Part shown: positions 9,253-21,037 of the stretch, piece by piece | Layout of the letters: each line of letters begins with the position of its first letter | How positions within the stretch are numbered: the first letter of the stretch is position 1 | NCBI GenBank assembly: GCA_000004985.1 | Contig: GG738888.1 | Source: Naegleria gruberi | Lineage: Eukaryota | DNA: 64,000 bases | Strand: one strand, 5' to 3' | Notes under the pieces: model-generated | What the model was told of the DNA's origin: nothing | What the model saw: the letters and a program-made list of their open reading frames with translations, nothing else | Database searches by the model: none | Made by a program: the position numbers and the translations under genes

Positions 9253-12200
9253 TTACAATTTGAAGGCAGCAGTCATGATGGATTCAATTTCCTTCAAATG
9301 GTCATACTTCAAACCAGTAGCTGGAGCAGAGGCAGCATTTCTACCAATATATTTGATAAGGTTATATCTGTTATCACCGTGGACAACAGTATTGATTGCC
9401 TTATTAAGTCTTGGAGCAACATAGGTCTTTGAAGAATATTAATAAAAACAAAATACTATGGAAATTATATACTTACATAGGCACCCATGTTTTCATGTTC
9501 TTCTTGAATCCAAGTCCAGTTAACAGTCTTCATCCATTCCTTGTCCCATTTGTCCATAACTTGATATAATTGTTCGAATGGGAATGGACTCAATTGTTCC
9601 AATCTGATAATCATAACTTCATTTTCCATATTCTTCTTGGCTCTTTCTTCAAACAAGTCATAGTAAATCTTACCACTACAGAAAAGAACCTTCTTAACCT
9701 TTGTGATATTAGCATGTTTGTAATCATCAGTCAAAACTCTTTGGAAGATGGTTCCTTCATCGAATTCAGACAAATTGCTGACACATTCCTTCTTCTTCAA
9801 GAGAGTCTTTGGTGAGAAGACAACGAGTGGTTTTCTGAACTTTCTCTTCATTTGTCTTCTGAGAACGTGGAAGTAATTAGCAGGTGTAGTACAATTGACA
9901 ACACACATATTAACTCTCTTTTGAACAAGTTCGTCAGTGTTAATATCACTGTCACATAATTGGAGGAATCTTTCAATTCTACCACTTGAATGTTCTGGAC
10001 CAGCTCCATCATAACCATGTGGTAAGAGAAGAGTCATACCACTGCATAAACACCATTTGTCTTCACCAGAATTGATGAAAGTATCAATGATGATTTGAGC
10101 ACCATTAAAAAAGTCACCAAATTGCATTTCATTGACAGAGAAATTGTTTGGATTATCAATAGTATAACCATATTCAAAGCCCATAACAGCAAATTCAGAA
10201 AGTGGAGATTGAGCCAATTCAAATCTTCCTCTAGCACCTGGAATGGCATCCAAAAGTGGGAGAACTCTCTTTTCTGATTCTTGATCTACAAATTCCAAGT
10301 GTCTTTGATTGAAAGTACCTCTGATAACATCTTGACCACTCAATCTGACAGTATAACCTTCATCCAAGAGGGAACCAAAGGCCATAACTTCAGCAGTTGC
10401 CCAATCAACATTAACATCCTTATTATCCTTTTGGAGAGCTTGTAATCTTGAACCAATGTGATGCTTTTCCAAATGCTTGTGAACATTAAATCCTTCAGGA
10501 ATCTTGACACTGAAAATGGCAATTTCCTTCAGTCTATCAATATTGTAACCAGTCATTGGAAGAGAAAGCTTTGAAAAGTCAGAAGCTTGAATAATATTAT
10601 GCCAATCTCCGAGGAAATAACGCTTTTCTGGCTTGTATCCTTCAACTGCCTTGAATTCAGCATCCAAATATTGATTACATTTATCCTTGATTTGTTGAAC
10701 TTCTTCAGTAGTGACAATATTCTTACCAATCAAATCTTCAGTGTAGGTAGCTGGGAATGTTGGCTTCTTTCTAATAACTTGGTACATCTTTGGTTGAGTG
10801 AATGCAGGTTCATCCAATTCATTGTGACCATGTCTTCTATAACCAACCAATTCAACAATAATATCCTTAGCGAACTTATTTCTGTATTTAGCAGAAATGC
10901 TCATAACCTTCTTAACAGCTTCAACATCTTCAGCATTGACAGCAAGAATTGGACAACCAACCATTTTACCAACATCTCCTGAATATCTTGTACTTCTGGA
11001 AAGAGTTGGAGAGGTTGTGAAACCAATTTGATTGTTCAAAATAATGTGAATAGTACCACCAGTTCTGAAAAGTGGCAATCTAGATAAGGTAAATGTTTCA
11101 GCAACGATACCTTGACCAGCAAATGAAGCATCACCATGCATTAAGATACAAGCAGCATTAGAACCATGACTTTGCTTGGCACGAGTCTTACCAAGAGCAA
11201 CAGGATTGATAGCTTCAAGGTGAGATGGATTATTCAAGAGATGGAGTTGCACCTTCTTATTATGATAATCAAGTTCAGTACTAACACCAAGGTGAGACAA
11301 GACATCACCAGTGGCAACCAATTCCTCAGGGAATTCACTATATCCCTTAACCTTATGGAAGAGAGCTCTAGTTGGGAAATTCAATAAACCAGTCAAGAGA
11401 TTTAATCTACCTCTGTGTGGCATACCCAAAATAATATCGGAAATATCACTATTGGCCAATTCTTCAAAAACAACATCCATAGCATAAATCATTGATTCAC
11501 AACCTTCCAAACCATATCTCTTAACAGATGGGAACTTTTTAGCCATGAAATGATCAAAAGCTTCACTTTCAACCATTAAAGACATGGCTCTCTTTTGTTC
11601 TTCATTGGTCATGTGATCGGCTTGCAATGATTCCAATTGTTTAGATAACCACATTTGTTCCTTTGTAGTTTCCAAGTGAGAGAATTGAGCAGCAATATTT
11701 CCACAATAAACATCTCTCAAGTGATCAACAATTTCAGGAATGGTTGCTTGTTTCTTTGGTATGGTCTTTTCACCAATATGAACAATACCATCAATATCAA
11801 CTGGTGTAGTTCCCAATGATTCTATATCCTTTAAATGATAAACTCCGGGATTTAATTCAATAGTTGTTCCTCTTTTTTGTTATCAGTATGATGATGATGA
11901 TGATTTTTAATATTAAATAATAATAATAATATTAAACAATAGTAATATTATTGTAAATATTAATATTTTGATCAAAATAATTGTCATCAAATATGATTAA
12001 ATAATATCAAAACAACCTACTTTTTAGGAACATTCAATCCGAGAGGATCAATATTAGCTTCCAAATGTCCATAATTTCTATAGGCTCTCACCATTGAATG
12101 AACTCTACACAACAATTCATCCTTACTCACAGCAGAGGAGGAAGCATAACATCTCATGGCAGTTGCAATAAATTCCTGTTGGAGAAGTTGATGAGAAGTT

Positions 12201-12301
12201 GAGTGTTGGAAAGTAGAAGAGGAGGAAAACTTCAAGCCGCTACCTGTTGTTGCTTGCTTAACAGCTTTCGAGGTGGTGCTGCGGGCAGCGTGTCTGTACA
12301 T
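9253..12301 (-). CDS. OGDH: 2-oxoglutarate dehydrogenase E1 component, mitochondrial; complement(join(9253..9426,9477..11828,12020..12301))
   Basis: Exon 1 (ATG at 12301) encodes a Ser/Thr/Arg-rich presequence plus RVHSMVRAYRNYGHLEANIDPLGL. Exon 2 carries the thiamine-diphosphate E1 core (GMPHRGRLNLL, ILMHGDASFAGQGIV, HNELDEP). Exon 3 gives the conserved C-terminus TYVAPRLNKAINTVVHGDNRYNLIKYIGRNAASAPATGLKYDHLKEIESIMTAAFKL. One intron is GTAGGT...AAAG (about 12019..11829, roughly 190 nt, AT-rich with an (ATG)n tract). The other is GTAAGT...AAAG (9476..9427, 50 nt). Confidence 0.9.
11886..11975. repeat. (ATG)5-6 microsatellite followed by an AAT/ATT-rich low-complexity tract inside OGDH intron 1
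   Basis: The sequence reads gtatgatgatgatgatgatt, then aataataataataatattaaacaatagtaatattattg. Confidence 0.6.
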
Positions 12302-12802
12302 TTTTTTTCTTGTTGTGTGCTGGATAATTATCTCAACGATCTCGTTGTGTGAGCGGAGATGTTTTGTTCGGACCTTGAGTTTACAAAATAATTGTCATGA
12401 GCATAAAAAGTATTCACAGTGAATGTGTAACGGTAAAGTGAAAGGTCCTTTTTTAAAGTTGAGGATATCGGAGCAAAATATTTTACTGTGTTGTTAAAAA
12501 GTTGTTGAATCCTCAAGTCGGGTAAGTTTGTGATGAGAAGAAAATTTTAATGGCAAGGTTGAGTATGTACCAATTCAATCAATTTCATGTGGGTGCTAAT
12601 CTTCAATGCACTCCATCAAGAAAGTATCCTCTTCTCAAATTGCTTGTGGTTTAGGGAAGGGAGTATTTCAACTTGATCTGCAGGATATTGTTATACCATT
12701 CGACGTATAGAGAAATGCAATATGTTCCTTTGGTGAGTCTTCTTCTAACATTATTGATTTCATTCTTTAATTTAGCATTGTATATTAAGGAATAAATATA
12801 TC

Positions 12803-14425
12803 TCAATCCAGATCATCAATAGTAGGTCCAATACTATTGGTTCCCATAATTGGAATTGTATCTGAAGCCATTTGAAGCAATAATTCTTCAATTTCCTCAG
12901 GTTTGAGTGGTACTGGTCGAGAGGGAATGAAAGAATCCTCTGTGCCATAAGTTGGACTTCTGGCAGACACTGTCATATTCAAATTCAGGGAAAAGAAGAG
13001 TTCGAAAATGAGTTCAACCTCAAAATGAGCATCTTGATAATTGTCGGGAATGTCCAATCTTAAAGTCCCAATCTTTTCACAATCTTTCACGAATTTTCTG
13101 TTCCCCTCATAAATGTCAATGCTTATAAATTTCTCATTTCCGGTTAATGGTATTGAAATAGTTTGAGTTTTCGAATAAGGCACTGATGTTCTAGGAACAA
13201 TAACTATCATTTCACCATTTTCGTTTGAAATTCCATAATTACAGCATGTATTATCGTTCATTAGTATATTTGGGTCATTACTAATATAGCTTTCAATACA
13301 GCCACCAAGTTCAATAGGACATTCTATCCAATCGCATATTTCTGCTTCTGGTTGTTCTGTAGAAATCAATTTTCTAATCATTTCTTTTAACTTGGGAATT
13401 CTAGTTGATTTCCCACACACGATAATGTATTCAAAAGTCTCCTTATTCATGAATTCAAGTATTTCTACAATAAGTCTATTGATAACGTCTAGAGTCAATT
13501 CTTCAAATAAGCTTTTGCTAAATTCTGGAATATTTAAATCAATGTTATTGTAAAATTTAGGAATATGTAAATGCCAGGAATCATGATCTGATAACTTGGC
13601 TTTAACTTCTTCGCAAGCTCTTCTCAATTTGATCATGGAGAGTGGATTTTCCTGGATTGAATATTTGCTTTCCCGTTTAAATAGGTCATCACAATATTCC
13701 ATCATTTTCAAAGTGATGGCTTCTCCTCCCAATTCATCATTCCTATAAAATCGTTCCTTAAATATTTGCCCTTCATCAATAGAAAATGCACCTATTTTCA
13801 AAGATTGACCTACATCCAAATACAGAGCTTTCTTGTCATTCATTGATGGAAAGAAAAGATTATAAGCAATTAATGAAAGTCTTGATTCTGAATAAACATT
13901 CATTACATTATAGCCCCATTCACTAACTTTCTTTCTAATTAATTGATAAACTGCATAGGGAAAGTAATCTGGAACTGCTATTGCCAATCGATTTTTCATA
14001 TTTGCACAATTTCGTTCCAACATTGTTTTCATAATTTTCAAATATAAATCTAGAGGTGAAACAGTGATGCCATTGCCTATTTCAATTTCAATTTCTTCTT
14101 CTCTACTGTTCATGAACTGCAAAGCACGATATGGGGAATATATGTGGTTATCATCTCGTTGCTGCTTTCCATTAATTATTAAATTTGCAATATTGGTTAC
14201 TAGTCGATGAGGATTCAAATCATCATCACTTGGTTGAATTTCTCTTCCAATTTTTTCATCATCAAATTCATCCGACAACGACAACGATAGCAAGATTATT
14301 GCTTCATCTTCTTCGAGCAATTTATAATCAAAGAGTCGGAATCTGTTCCGAGATGATTCCTTCAAAGTAGAACTGACCAGTGTTGCATGTGAATTGCCAA
14401 CATGCAAACAGCATGGTGCATTCAT
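12803..14425 (-). CDS. Highly divergent Hsp70-superfamily (actin-like ATPase) protein, 540 aa
   Basis: ATG at 14425. Hsp70 signature positions are recognisable but degenerate. LYLDVGQS corresponds to DLGTT, ELGGEAITLKMMEY to DLGGGTFD, and LRRACEEVKAKLS to VERAKRTLSS. IIVCGKSTRIPKLKEMI corresponds to VLVGGSTRIPKVQ, and YEGNRKFVKDCEKIGTLRL to YEGER...N.LLG.F.L. No EEVD tail is present. Confidence 0.6.
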   Translation of the reverse strand: MNAPCCLHVGNSHATLVSSTLKESSRNRFRLFDYKLLEEDEAIILLSLSLSDEFDDEKIGREIQPSDDDLNPHRLVTNIANLIINGKQQRDDNHIYSPYRALQFMNSREEEIEIEIGNGITVSPLDLYLKIMKTMLERNCANMKNRLAIAVPDYFPYAVYQLIRKKVSEWGYNVMNVYSESRLSLIAYNLFFPSMNDKKALYLDVGQSLKIGAFSIDEGQIFKERFYRNDELGGEAITLKMMEYCDDLFKRESKYSIQENPLSMIKLRRACEEVKAKLSDHDSWHLHIPKFYNNIDLNIPEFSKSLFEELTLDVINRLIVEILEFMNKETFEYIIVCGKSTRIPKLKEMIRKLISTEQPEAEICDWIECPIELGGCIESYISNDPNILMNDNTCCNYGISNENGEMIVIVPRTSVPYSKTQTISIPLTGNEKFISIDIYEGNRKFVKDCEKIGTLRLDIPDNYQDAHFEVELIFELFFSLNLNMTVSARSPTYGTEDSFIPSRPVPLKPEEIEELLLQMASDTIPIMGTNSIGPTIDDLD

Positions 14426-14510
14426 TTTTTTGTTTAATGTTTACAAAATATTGACCAATATTAAAGGTAAAAATGAAATATTTAATTTGATTAGTTCACA
14501 CAGTAATACT

Positions 14511-16229
14511 TTACCGCACCACTAGAAAATGAATACATTGAATAAGTTTCCCAAGTTGTTTCTTGAGCATTGTATCAAAATTTGGGGAATCACTAATTTT
14601 AAGTTCAGAAATGCTTCTGTTTTGAGCATAGCTTATCAATGCCTGTAATGTCATATTGCTCAACTTGTTAGATTTAATGTGGAGAGTTGAAATTTTTGGT
14701 TCAAAGTTCAAATAATCAATTATTCCTGAATCAGAAACACCACAATTATTAGCTTCCAATTTAATTATGGATAGAGGGCTCAATAAAGATAAACCAGTAT
14801 CTCCAATACTTGGATTGTTAGAAATATTCAATTCTTTCAACTGATTCATCTTTGAAATGACATCACAACATTTATACGAAACATAATTATGACTAATGTC
14901 TAGATGGATAAGATTCCTAAATTCACTTCTGAATAATTCAATAACTGATTCATCTCCAATATCATTTGATCCAACGTGTAAATATTCCAACTCATTACAA
15001 TTACTCAAATATTTCAATCCATTTCCAATTTTGTTATTATTTAACATTAAATATTTCAGTAATTTTAAATTTCCAAAGTTTCTCAAACCCTCTTCACCAA
15101 TTAAACTTTCTTTCAAAGATAAATTTTCAAGTTTGACATTTTCTGATAGATAATTAGCTCCAACATCTCCAACTTGATTACTTGACAAGTTTAATATTTT
15201 GAGTTGAGAAAGTTTATAAAAATATTTCAAACCTTGCCCACCAATTAAATTATTCGAAAGATTAAGTTCTGTTAAATTAGAAAGTGAGCACAAATTAATT
15301 GCTCCTTCATTTCCAATCCTATTATTCTGTAAATTCAAACTTTTCATATTTTCCAAATATGGAAAATTACAAGCAGTTATTAAATTGTTATCCAAATGGA
15401 GCTCCTCAAGCTTCTTCAATGTTGAAAGGTCTTTAACTGCTTCCTCTTTAATTCTTCCCTTGGAAATGAAATGAAATTTCTTTAAATTTCCAAGTGGAGA
15501 AATAAATTTCATCTCTTCTTCAAATAAATTGTTTCTAAATGTTAAACAAAATAGATCAGTAATGGATTCCAATTTCCGAATATGTTCAAAAATTGATTTC
15601 TCTATAAAAGTGTTACAAATTCCAAAGTTCTTTAACTTGTTGGCGAATTTGCTTTCGAATATTGAAATGTATGATTTTGAATTCAATTGACCATGCAGAA
15701 ATAACCTCTCCAATGGCCAATCCAATTGATCAAATAATAAATCTTCAACTTGTACATTTACGCGCTCTGGTGACCATGTTTTAATGAAGAGCGTTTTAAT
15801 CTTGGACTTGGTTTCGAATAGTAATCGAATACTATTAATATTCATTTTCACTAATTGCACATTTTCCAATGTCTTCAATTTGGAAAATTCAACAATTACA
15901 TCATTACTGCAATTAGACAGTTTCAATGACTTTAAATTGGTCAACTTGGAAATAAACTCTATATTCGAATCTAAATATTCGCTCGGATGGCATTCTAAAT
16001 GAGTTATTTTGTGTAATTCATCGGAATGTTTCGTTAAAATAATTTCTAAATGTTTACTTTCTTCAGAAAATTGCATTGGAAAGTAAAATGTTGGAGTTGA
16101 TTTGTAATTTTCATTCCAATTTTTACAAACTAATCTTACAGTATTTAAAATCCATGTATATTCGAAATTGGAAAGAATTTGATCGAATATTATTTCGGAG
16201 GGAATTACACCAAACTCTCCTTTCATCAT
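14511..16229 (-). CDS. F-box-like / leucine-rich-repeat (RI-type LRR) protein
   Basis: The probable ATG is at about 16229 (aaaaATGATGAAAGGAG). The track ORF starts upstream at ATT. The N-terminus IPSEIIFDQILSNFEYTWILNTVRLVCKNWN is F-box-like. More than 12 LRRs of the LxxLxLxxNxIG type follow (LNLQNNRIGNEGAINLCSLSNLTELNLSNNLIGGQG...). Confidence 0.55.
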   Translation of the reverse strand: MMKGEFGVIPSEIIFDQILSNFEYTWILNTVRLVCKNWNENYKSTPTFYFPMQFSEESKHLEIILTKHSDELHKITHLECHPSEYLDSNIEFISKLTNLKSLKLSNCSNDVIVEFSKLKTLENVQLVKMNINSIRLLFETKSKIKTLFIKTWSPERVNVQVEDLLFDQLDWPLERLFLHGQLNSKSYISIFESKFANKLKNFGICNTFIEKSIFEHIRKLESITDLFCLTFRNNLFEEEMKFISPLGNLKKFHFISKGRIKEEAVKDLSTLKKLEELHLDNNLITACNFPYLENMKSLNLQNNRIGNEGAINLCSLSNLTELNLSNNLIGGQGLKYFYKLSQLKILNLSSNQVGDVGANYLSENVKLENLSLKESLIGEEGLRNFGNLKLLKYLMLNNNKIGNGLKYLSNCNELEYLHVGSNDIGDESVIELFRSEFRNLIHLDISHNYVSYKCCDVISKMNQLKELNISNNPSIGDTGLSLLSPLSIIKLEANNCGVSDSGIIDYLNFEPKISTLHIKSNKLSNMTLQALISYAQNRSISELKISDSPNFDTMLKKQLGKLIQCIHFLVVR

Positions 16230-16390
16230 TTTTTTAACTCGAATATTTTGCAACTTTCTGTTTTGCTCTCTTCCGTATTACTGTTATTAGATTGAATATT
16301 CCTCTGAATTAATTGATGATTTTCAAAATCTTGTCTGTTTCGTTTTTGCTCATTTTTACATCTTGAACATTGATGATTTAATTATGATGT

Positions 16391-18911
16391 TTATACAACT
16401 TGATTTGCTTGTTTGAGTTTTTCAATTTCTTGTTTGAGAAGTTCATTTTCATTTCTGAGTGTGGATATTTCATTACTCAAGAGTAAGTTTTCTTGTTTTA
16501 GGGTTGTGTTTTGTTGAATAATATCATAATAGTTGATTAATTGTTGAATATTGAGAAGATCATCCAGTTCCTTGTGAATATTTTCAGAATAATCATTAAT
16601 TTCACCACGGAGATATTTTGTTAAATTGTCGATAATAATCTTGTAAGTAAAGCAGTCCAATCTTTTACGAGGATCTCTTTGAATCATGGTGATGAGACAT
16701 CTGGTAAGTATTTCATTCACACCCCAAGATTTGTTAATCTGCTTATCAATGGTCATTCTTATGGCATGGTGCACTCTCATTTCTCCCTCAGCTGTTACAA
16801 CAGCGCTGTGAAAATATAATCCCTCCTCTGAACTAAAATATGTGAAATTCGAATCAAATTGTGAAATGTCAGTACCTCCAATAAATTGTTTGCTTACTTT
16901 CAACAAACAATCAGTCAATAATTCCAAAAATATACATCCTAATGAAAAGATATCTGATGCTGTTGAAATCTCCCTCTTGTTTTGAATTAATTTCTCCTGA
17001 TATTCATGAACTAAATGTTGTTCGTTGGATTTTTCATAGGTTGAATCTGAAACCTCTGGAGCCATATAAGTATACTTTCCCACATTGATTGTAATTGATT
17101 TTCCTACTTCAATAACTCTCGATTGATCAAAATCAATAATCTTAAACTTGTCACCAATTTTTAAAATATTATTAGGATCCAAATCTCTATTATAATTATA
17201 ATAATAATAAATATTAAAATAATTACCTATGTGCAATGTTTTGATTGTGAACTGATTGGACTGCCTGAAGGATTTTTGCAAACATTTCCAGTACCTCAAT
17301 CATTTTATCCTTTTCCAAGGATGTTCCAACTCCGCTGCTATGGTTTCTTTCTATAATATTTCTTAAAGTTTCTTCACCCAACTCCATGATGGAAAATAAA
17401 TGTTTCGTCTTAATCTTATCTTGACCATATTCCAGAATACCACATTCAAAACAATTAATCTTTCCATCAATTTGTCTCTTTAAGAATTCAATTTTAGCAT
17501 CCATCTTTTTCATGTCATACTCTGGTTGGAATTTAATCTTTACAGCAACAAAAACTTCTCTACGTTTATCAAAAGCTTTGAATACTACACCCTCACCTCC
17601 AAATCCTAAAGAAGAAATCAACTCGTAATTTTTAACTTTCTTCTGCGTAGTAAAAATTTGGAACGACGAAATGACCTTCTTACTGTCACCTGTTGTTTTC
17701 ATATACTCGCTTATCAGCATTTTCCAATCCCAGTTTGGATTTTCATGTTTCAAAATTCGCTTAATAAGAAATACAATTCCAGGGTGTTCCTTTTTCGAAT
17801 AGTGGTGATAGGGAAAATCGTCGACTATCGTCTTTAGAGCTTCCTTAAAGTGTTTTTTACCAACAGGATGTTTAGGTGACTTGGATTCTATATGTTGTTC
17901 CAACTTTATGCAAAATAAGTGGTAATCCAAATCCGCAATTGTTTCAGTTTCAATTTTCAAACTACTTTCGTTCAGTTTCTTCAAAATCATCAGCATGGCA
18001 AATGTTTGCACAAATTTCACACTATAGGTAAATGAAGAAAATATTCCTTTTGAAATAATTTCAGGTTTCTTATCTTGAAAAAGAAAAGGAATCAATCCAC
18101 TCTCATCCAAAGTCTCCTCCTTAAATGCATTCATTACTGTTTTTAAATTTCCGTGGAATATAATCAATTTATCTGCCTTACAAGGATTTCCCTTTGGCAA
18201 ATATTTGAAAACTCTATAATTCAAAGCTACAGCCTCCAACACAACTTGTCGATCAGTCTTTAATTCCTCAGAAGCAAACATGAATGAGAAAGGCTCATGT
18301 TGAATGGCCATAAACACAACTTCCTTATCCCTTCTCAATTCTTCAGAGGCACTTTTGAAAGCAATTCTATCACTCTTCAAAGCTAACATGACAATTTCCC
18401 TATCATTTCGAAATTCATCTGAAATGTCCTGAATAGCACCAGGAGCACTCTGAATGGCTGCCATGACAACTTCCCTGTCCTTCTTCAATTCATCCCCGAC
18501 CAAAAACAACTCCGAAGCTGCTGCATTATTTTGATTATCCTCTTTTTCATGATTTTGTTGTGAATGATGATGCTGATGATTTTTAAAAGCAGGTGCCGAT
18601 GAAGAATTCTCATCAATTCGTTTTTTAGTCAAAGCCGCCAAAACTACTTGTTTATCGTGGCGCCATTTTTCTGAAATTAATTTCAATGAAAAATCAAATT
18701 TTACAGCTGCGTATTGTAGTATGAAATTTCTATCCAATTCTTCCCGCGCTTTTTCAGAGCTTATCTGCAAGACTTGAGCTGATTTACTCTTTTCCAAGGC
18801 TTGGAGAAGAAAGTCACGATCATTCCGAAGTTCGTCTGGTAGTTTGGCATAATTATATGAGGTTGGATTTTGGATAATATCTTTCAGGTAGCGTTCTCTA
18901 CCTGGAGCCAT
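16391..18911 (-). CDS. Protein kinase with N-terminal DUF4116-like tandem repeats; complement(join(16391..17186,17227..18911))
   Basis: ATG at 18911. N-terminal repeats include ELRNDRDFLLQALEKS, ELKKDREVVMAAIQSAPGAIQDIS, EFRNDREIVMLALKSD, ELRRDKEVVFMAIQ and ELKTDRQVVLEAV. The kinase has a G-loop LGFGGEGVVF and VAVK. The catalytic loop HR|DLDPNNIL is split by a 40-nt intron (GTAATT...AATAG) between the R codon's AG and A. DFD replaces DFG (IIDFDQS). APE is MAPE. The C-terminus is a coiled coil (LKQENLLLSNEISTLRNENELLKQEIEKLKQ). Confidence 0.8.
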
Positions 18912-19125
18912 TTTTTTTAAAGTGAAATTTGACAGTAATGATGCTATTCAAATCTGAATTAGGTCAGAATTTAATGTATTATTTAATTTCTTTTTAGTAA
19001 ACAAAATGAAATTAGATCCAATACACGTTTTTCAATCTTGCCATCACTCAAATCACTTGGGCTATCGAAATGAGTGAGATTTTCCAATACTTGAGGAATG
19101 AATTTGGTCTCTGTTAAAATAATCT

Positions 19126-19371
19126 TTACAAATTCTTATAGTTATCATTTGGAATATTGTAATCGGTTGGTGTGTTCAATGAGCAAACAAATGGAAGAGA
19201 GTTGCTTGTTAACAATTCATTTCGCATTGTTTGGAAGGATGAATATTCAAAACATTCTGGAAATTGGGGAAGACAGCATCCTCTCTTATCGTTGGTCAAT
19301 ACAACCATTCCTTTTTTAGCCAATTCAATACCAATCTCATAGAAAGGGTTACAGTAATTCAATTTATACAC
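19126..19371 (-). other. Small ORF of 81 aa with no ATG at its 5' end (it starts at GTG); possibly a 3' UTR, a terminal exon or a small gene
   Basis: The first in-frame ATG is internal (GMVVLTNDKRGCC...). I see no recognisable motif and cannot splice it to the RCC1-like gene upstream. Confidence 0.15.
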
Positions 19372-19448
19372 TTTCTGTTTAGTATTTGGAAAGGCTAAAA
19401 AGGTTCATTTGTTTCCTTCCTTCCCGTGTTCACTGCTGTTGGATGGTT

Positions 19449-20948
19449 TTAATGTAATATTTCAATATCAAAGAGGGGATGGCCTGCCACAATGTCCTTG
19501 TTTTGAATCAGTCTTTTCATGTTTTGTCGCATCCATTGAGTTCTCTTACTGTTTTCCAATCGTACCATAAAGAAAATATTGGAGGAGAAGGAGCTGGTGA
19601 AGATTCGCCATACCATTTGAGAAGTTGTAATTGGTGGTTTTGGTAATTGGAGAGGCGTAAATTTGTTAATTGCGCTGATATTGCTGATAGAGCACAATTC
19701 TCCAGCACTGTTGGAACCAGCTCCTAAGAATTCTCCATCAACTGTTTGGAGAATCGAAAAGTGCCATCCACAAAAGATGTCCTTGATCTTCTTTGGCAAT
19801 TCGATCAAGACTGGTAATGGATGATGGTCTACCTCACTCTCACTTCCACATTGTCTATAGGAATTGTATCCAAATGCCCAACAATTTCCGCTTTCGCAAA
19901 GACAAATAGTATGAAGAGCTCCCAAAGCTACCTTAATAACCTTTTCTCCAGTCTTGGCCATTGGTTCATGTAGGGTAAATGCCAAAATATTATCGGCATG
20001 TCCAATACCTTGTTGACAAAAAACTCCCCAACCAGTGACATATAATTTACCAAATTTGGTAACCACCAGAGTTCTGTAATAAGCTGCATAGACATCCAGA
20101 ATTGAATCTCCTCTTTCTAATGGAATATGTGGTTGGTAGGTTTCAAAAGTAGCAGTTGAGGCCATATTTCCACTCCCACAAGCCCCATAAGTATCGTATT
20201 GACTTGCTGCAAATAATTCCCCATCCTCTGAAAGAGCCATCAAATGGCTGAGACCACTAGTTATATATTTAATTCTAGCCAATTCATTCTTTTTCTTAAA
20301 TTCCAATAGTGTCCAATTATCTGAGGATGATAACTTGAAAACTAATCCCATTTTAGTTAATATACATAAATGAGTTGAGAGAACACAGACTTGTTGAATA
20401 CCAAACACATATCCCTCCTGTTGACTCATGAGGTCTTCCTCTCCTTTTTTCACTTCTTCCAAATTCAATTCCACAACCATTCCATCATTAGTATTCACCT
20501 TTGTATCAGAATATGACAAACATATAAAAGTTGGTACTTTTGAAGCGTCATGAGTTTCAGAATTTGCTGAAGTAAAAACCCTTCCTTTTGAAGTGAGAAA
20601 ACAACTTGATGATTCACCACACGATATATCCTGAATAAATTCATCATCATAATCCATTGTGGCACCATAAACATTTTCATAATCATTATAACGTTGTGGT
20701 TTTACACCTCTCATCTTGTAGATCAAACATGAACATGGAAGAACCCTCTTTACATAGCCTCCATATTCCTGTGATCCAGATCCACTACTACTTGTTACTT
20801 CTTCCATCGGAATTCCAAGAGAAATATTTTTATTTCCTGATCCATATAATAATGTTGTTCTACATGGTCGATAAATAGATTCGCGATCAGTTTCATTCAA
20901 CAGGGTTTTAATATGATGCTGATAAAAATTGGTGTGATAGTTGGACAT
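19449..20948 (-). CDS. RCC1-like repeat (beta-propeller) protein
   Basis: Degenerate RCC1 blades carry GxG...G motifs: YGACGSGN, WGVFCQQGIGH, FGYNSYRQCGSESEV and LGAGSNSAGELCS. The first real ATG is at about 20948 (MSNYHTNFYQ...). The track ORF begins upstream at TTG. Confidence 0.55.
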   Translation of the reverse strand: MSNYHTNFYQHHIKTLLNETDRESIYRPCRTTLLYGSGNKNISLGIPMEEVTSSSGSGSQEYGGYVKRVLPCSCLIYKMRGVKPQRYNDYENVYGATMDYDDEFIQDISCGESSSCFLTSKGRVFTSANSETHDASKVPTFICLSYSDTKVNTNDGMVVELNLEEVKKGEEDLMSQQEGYVFGIQQVCVLSTHLCILTKMGLVFKLSSSDNWTLLEFKKKNELARIKYITSGLSHLMALSEDGELFAASQYDTYGACGSGNMASTATFETYQPHIPLERGDSILDVYAAYYRTLVVTKFGKLYVTGWGVFCQQGIGHADNILAFTLHEPMAKTGEKVIKVALGALHTICLCESGNCWAFGYNSYRQCGSESEVDHHPLPVLIELPKKIKDIFCGWHFSILQTVDGEFLGAGSNSAGELCSISNISAINKFTPLQLPKPPITTSQMVWRIFTSSFSSNIFFMVRLENSKRTQWMRQNMKRLIQNKDIVAGHPLFDIEILH

Positions 20949-21037
20949 TTTTTTAAAATGAAAAAAAGTAACTTTGGCGGATTTTGTAAGGAAAATAATT
21001 GGCGCCAAAATAAATCGCTCAACTGGATTTATAAAAA
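20949..21037. promoter_or_regulatory. Roughly 90-bp divergent (bidirectional) promoter region between the RCC1-like gene (minus strand) and the F-box/LRR gene (plus strand)
   Basis: The two ATGs face away from each other and are about 90 bp apart. The tract between them is A-rich. Confidence 0.4.
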
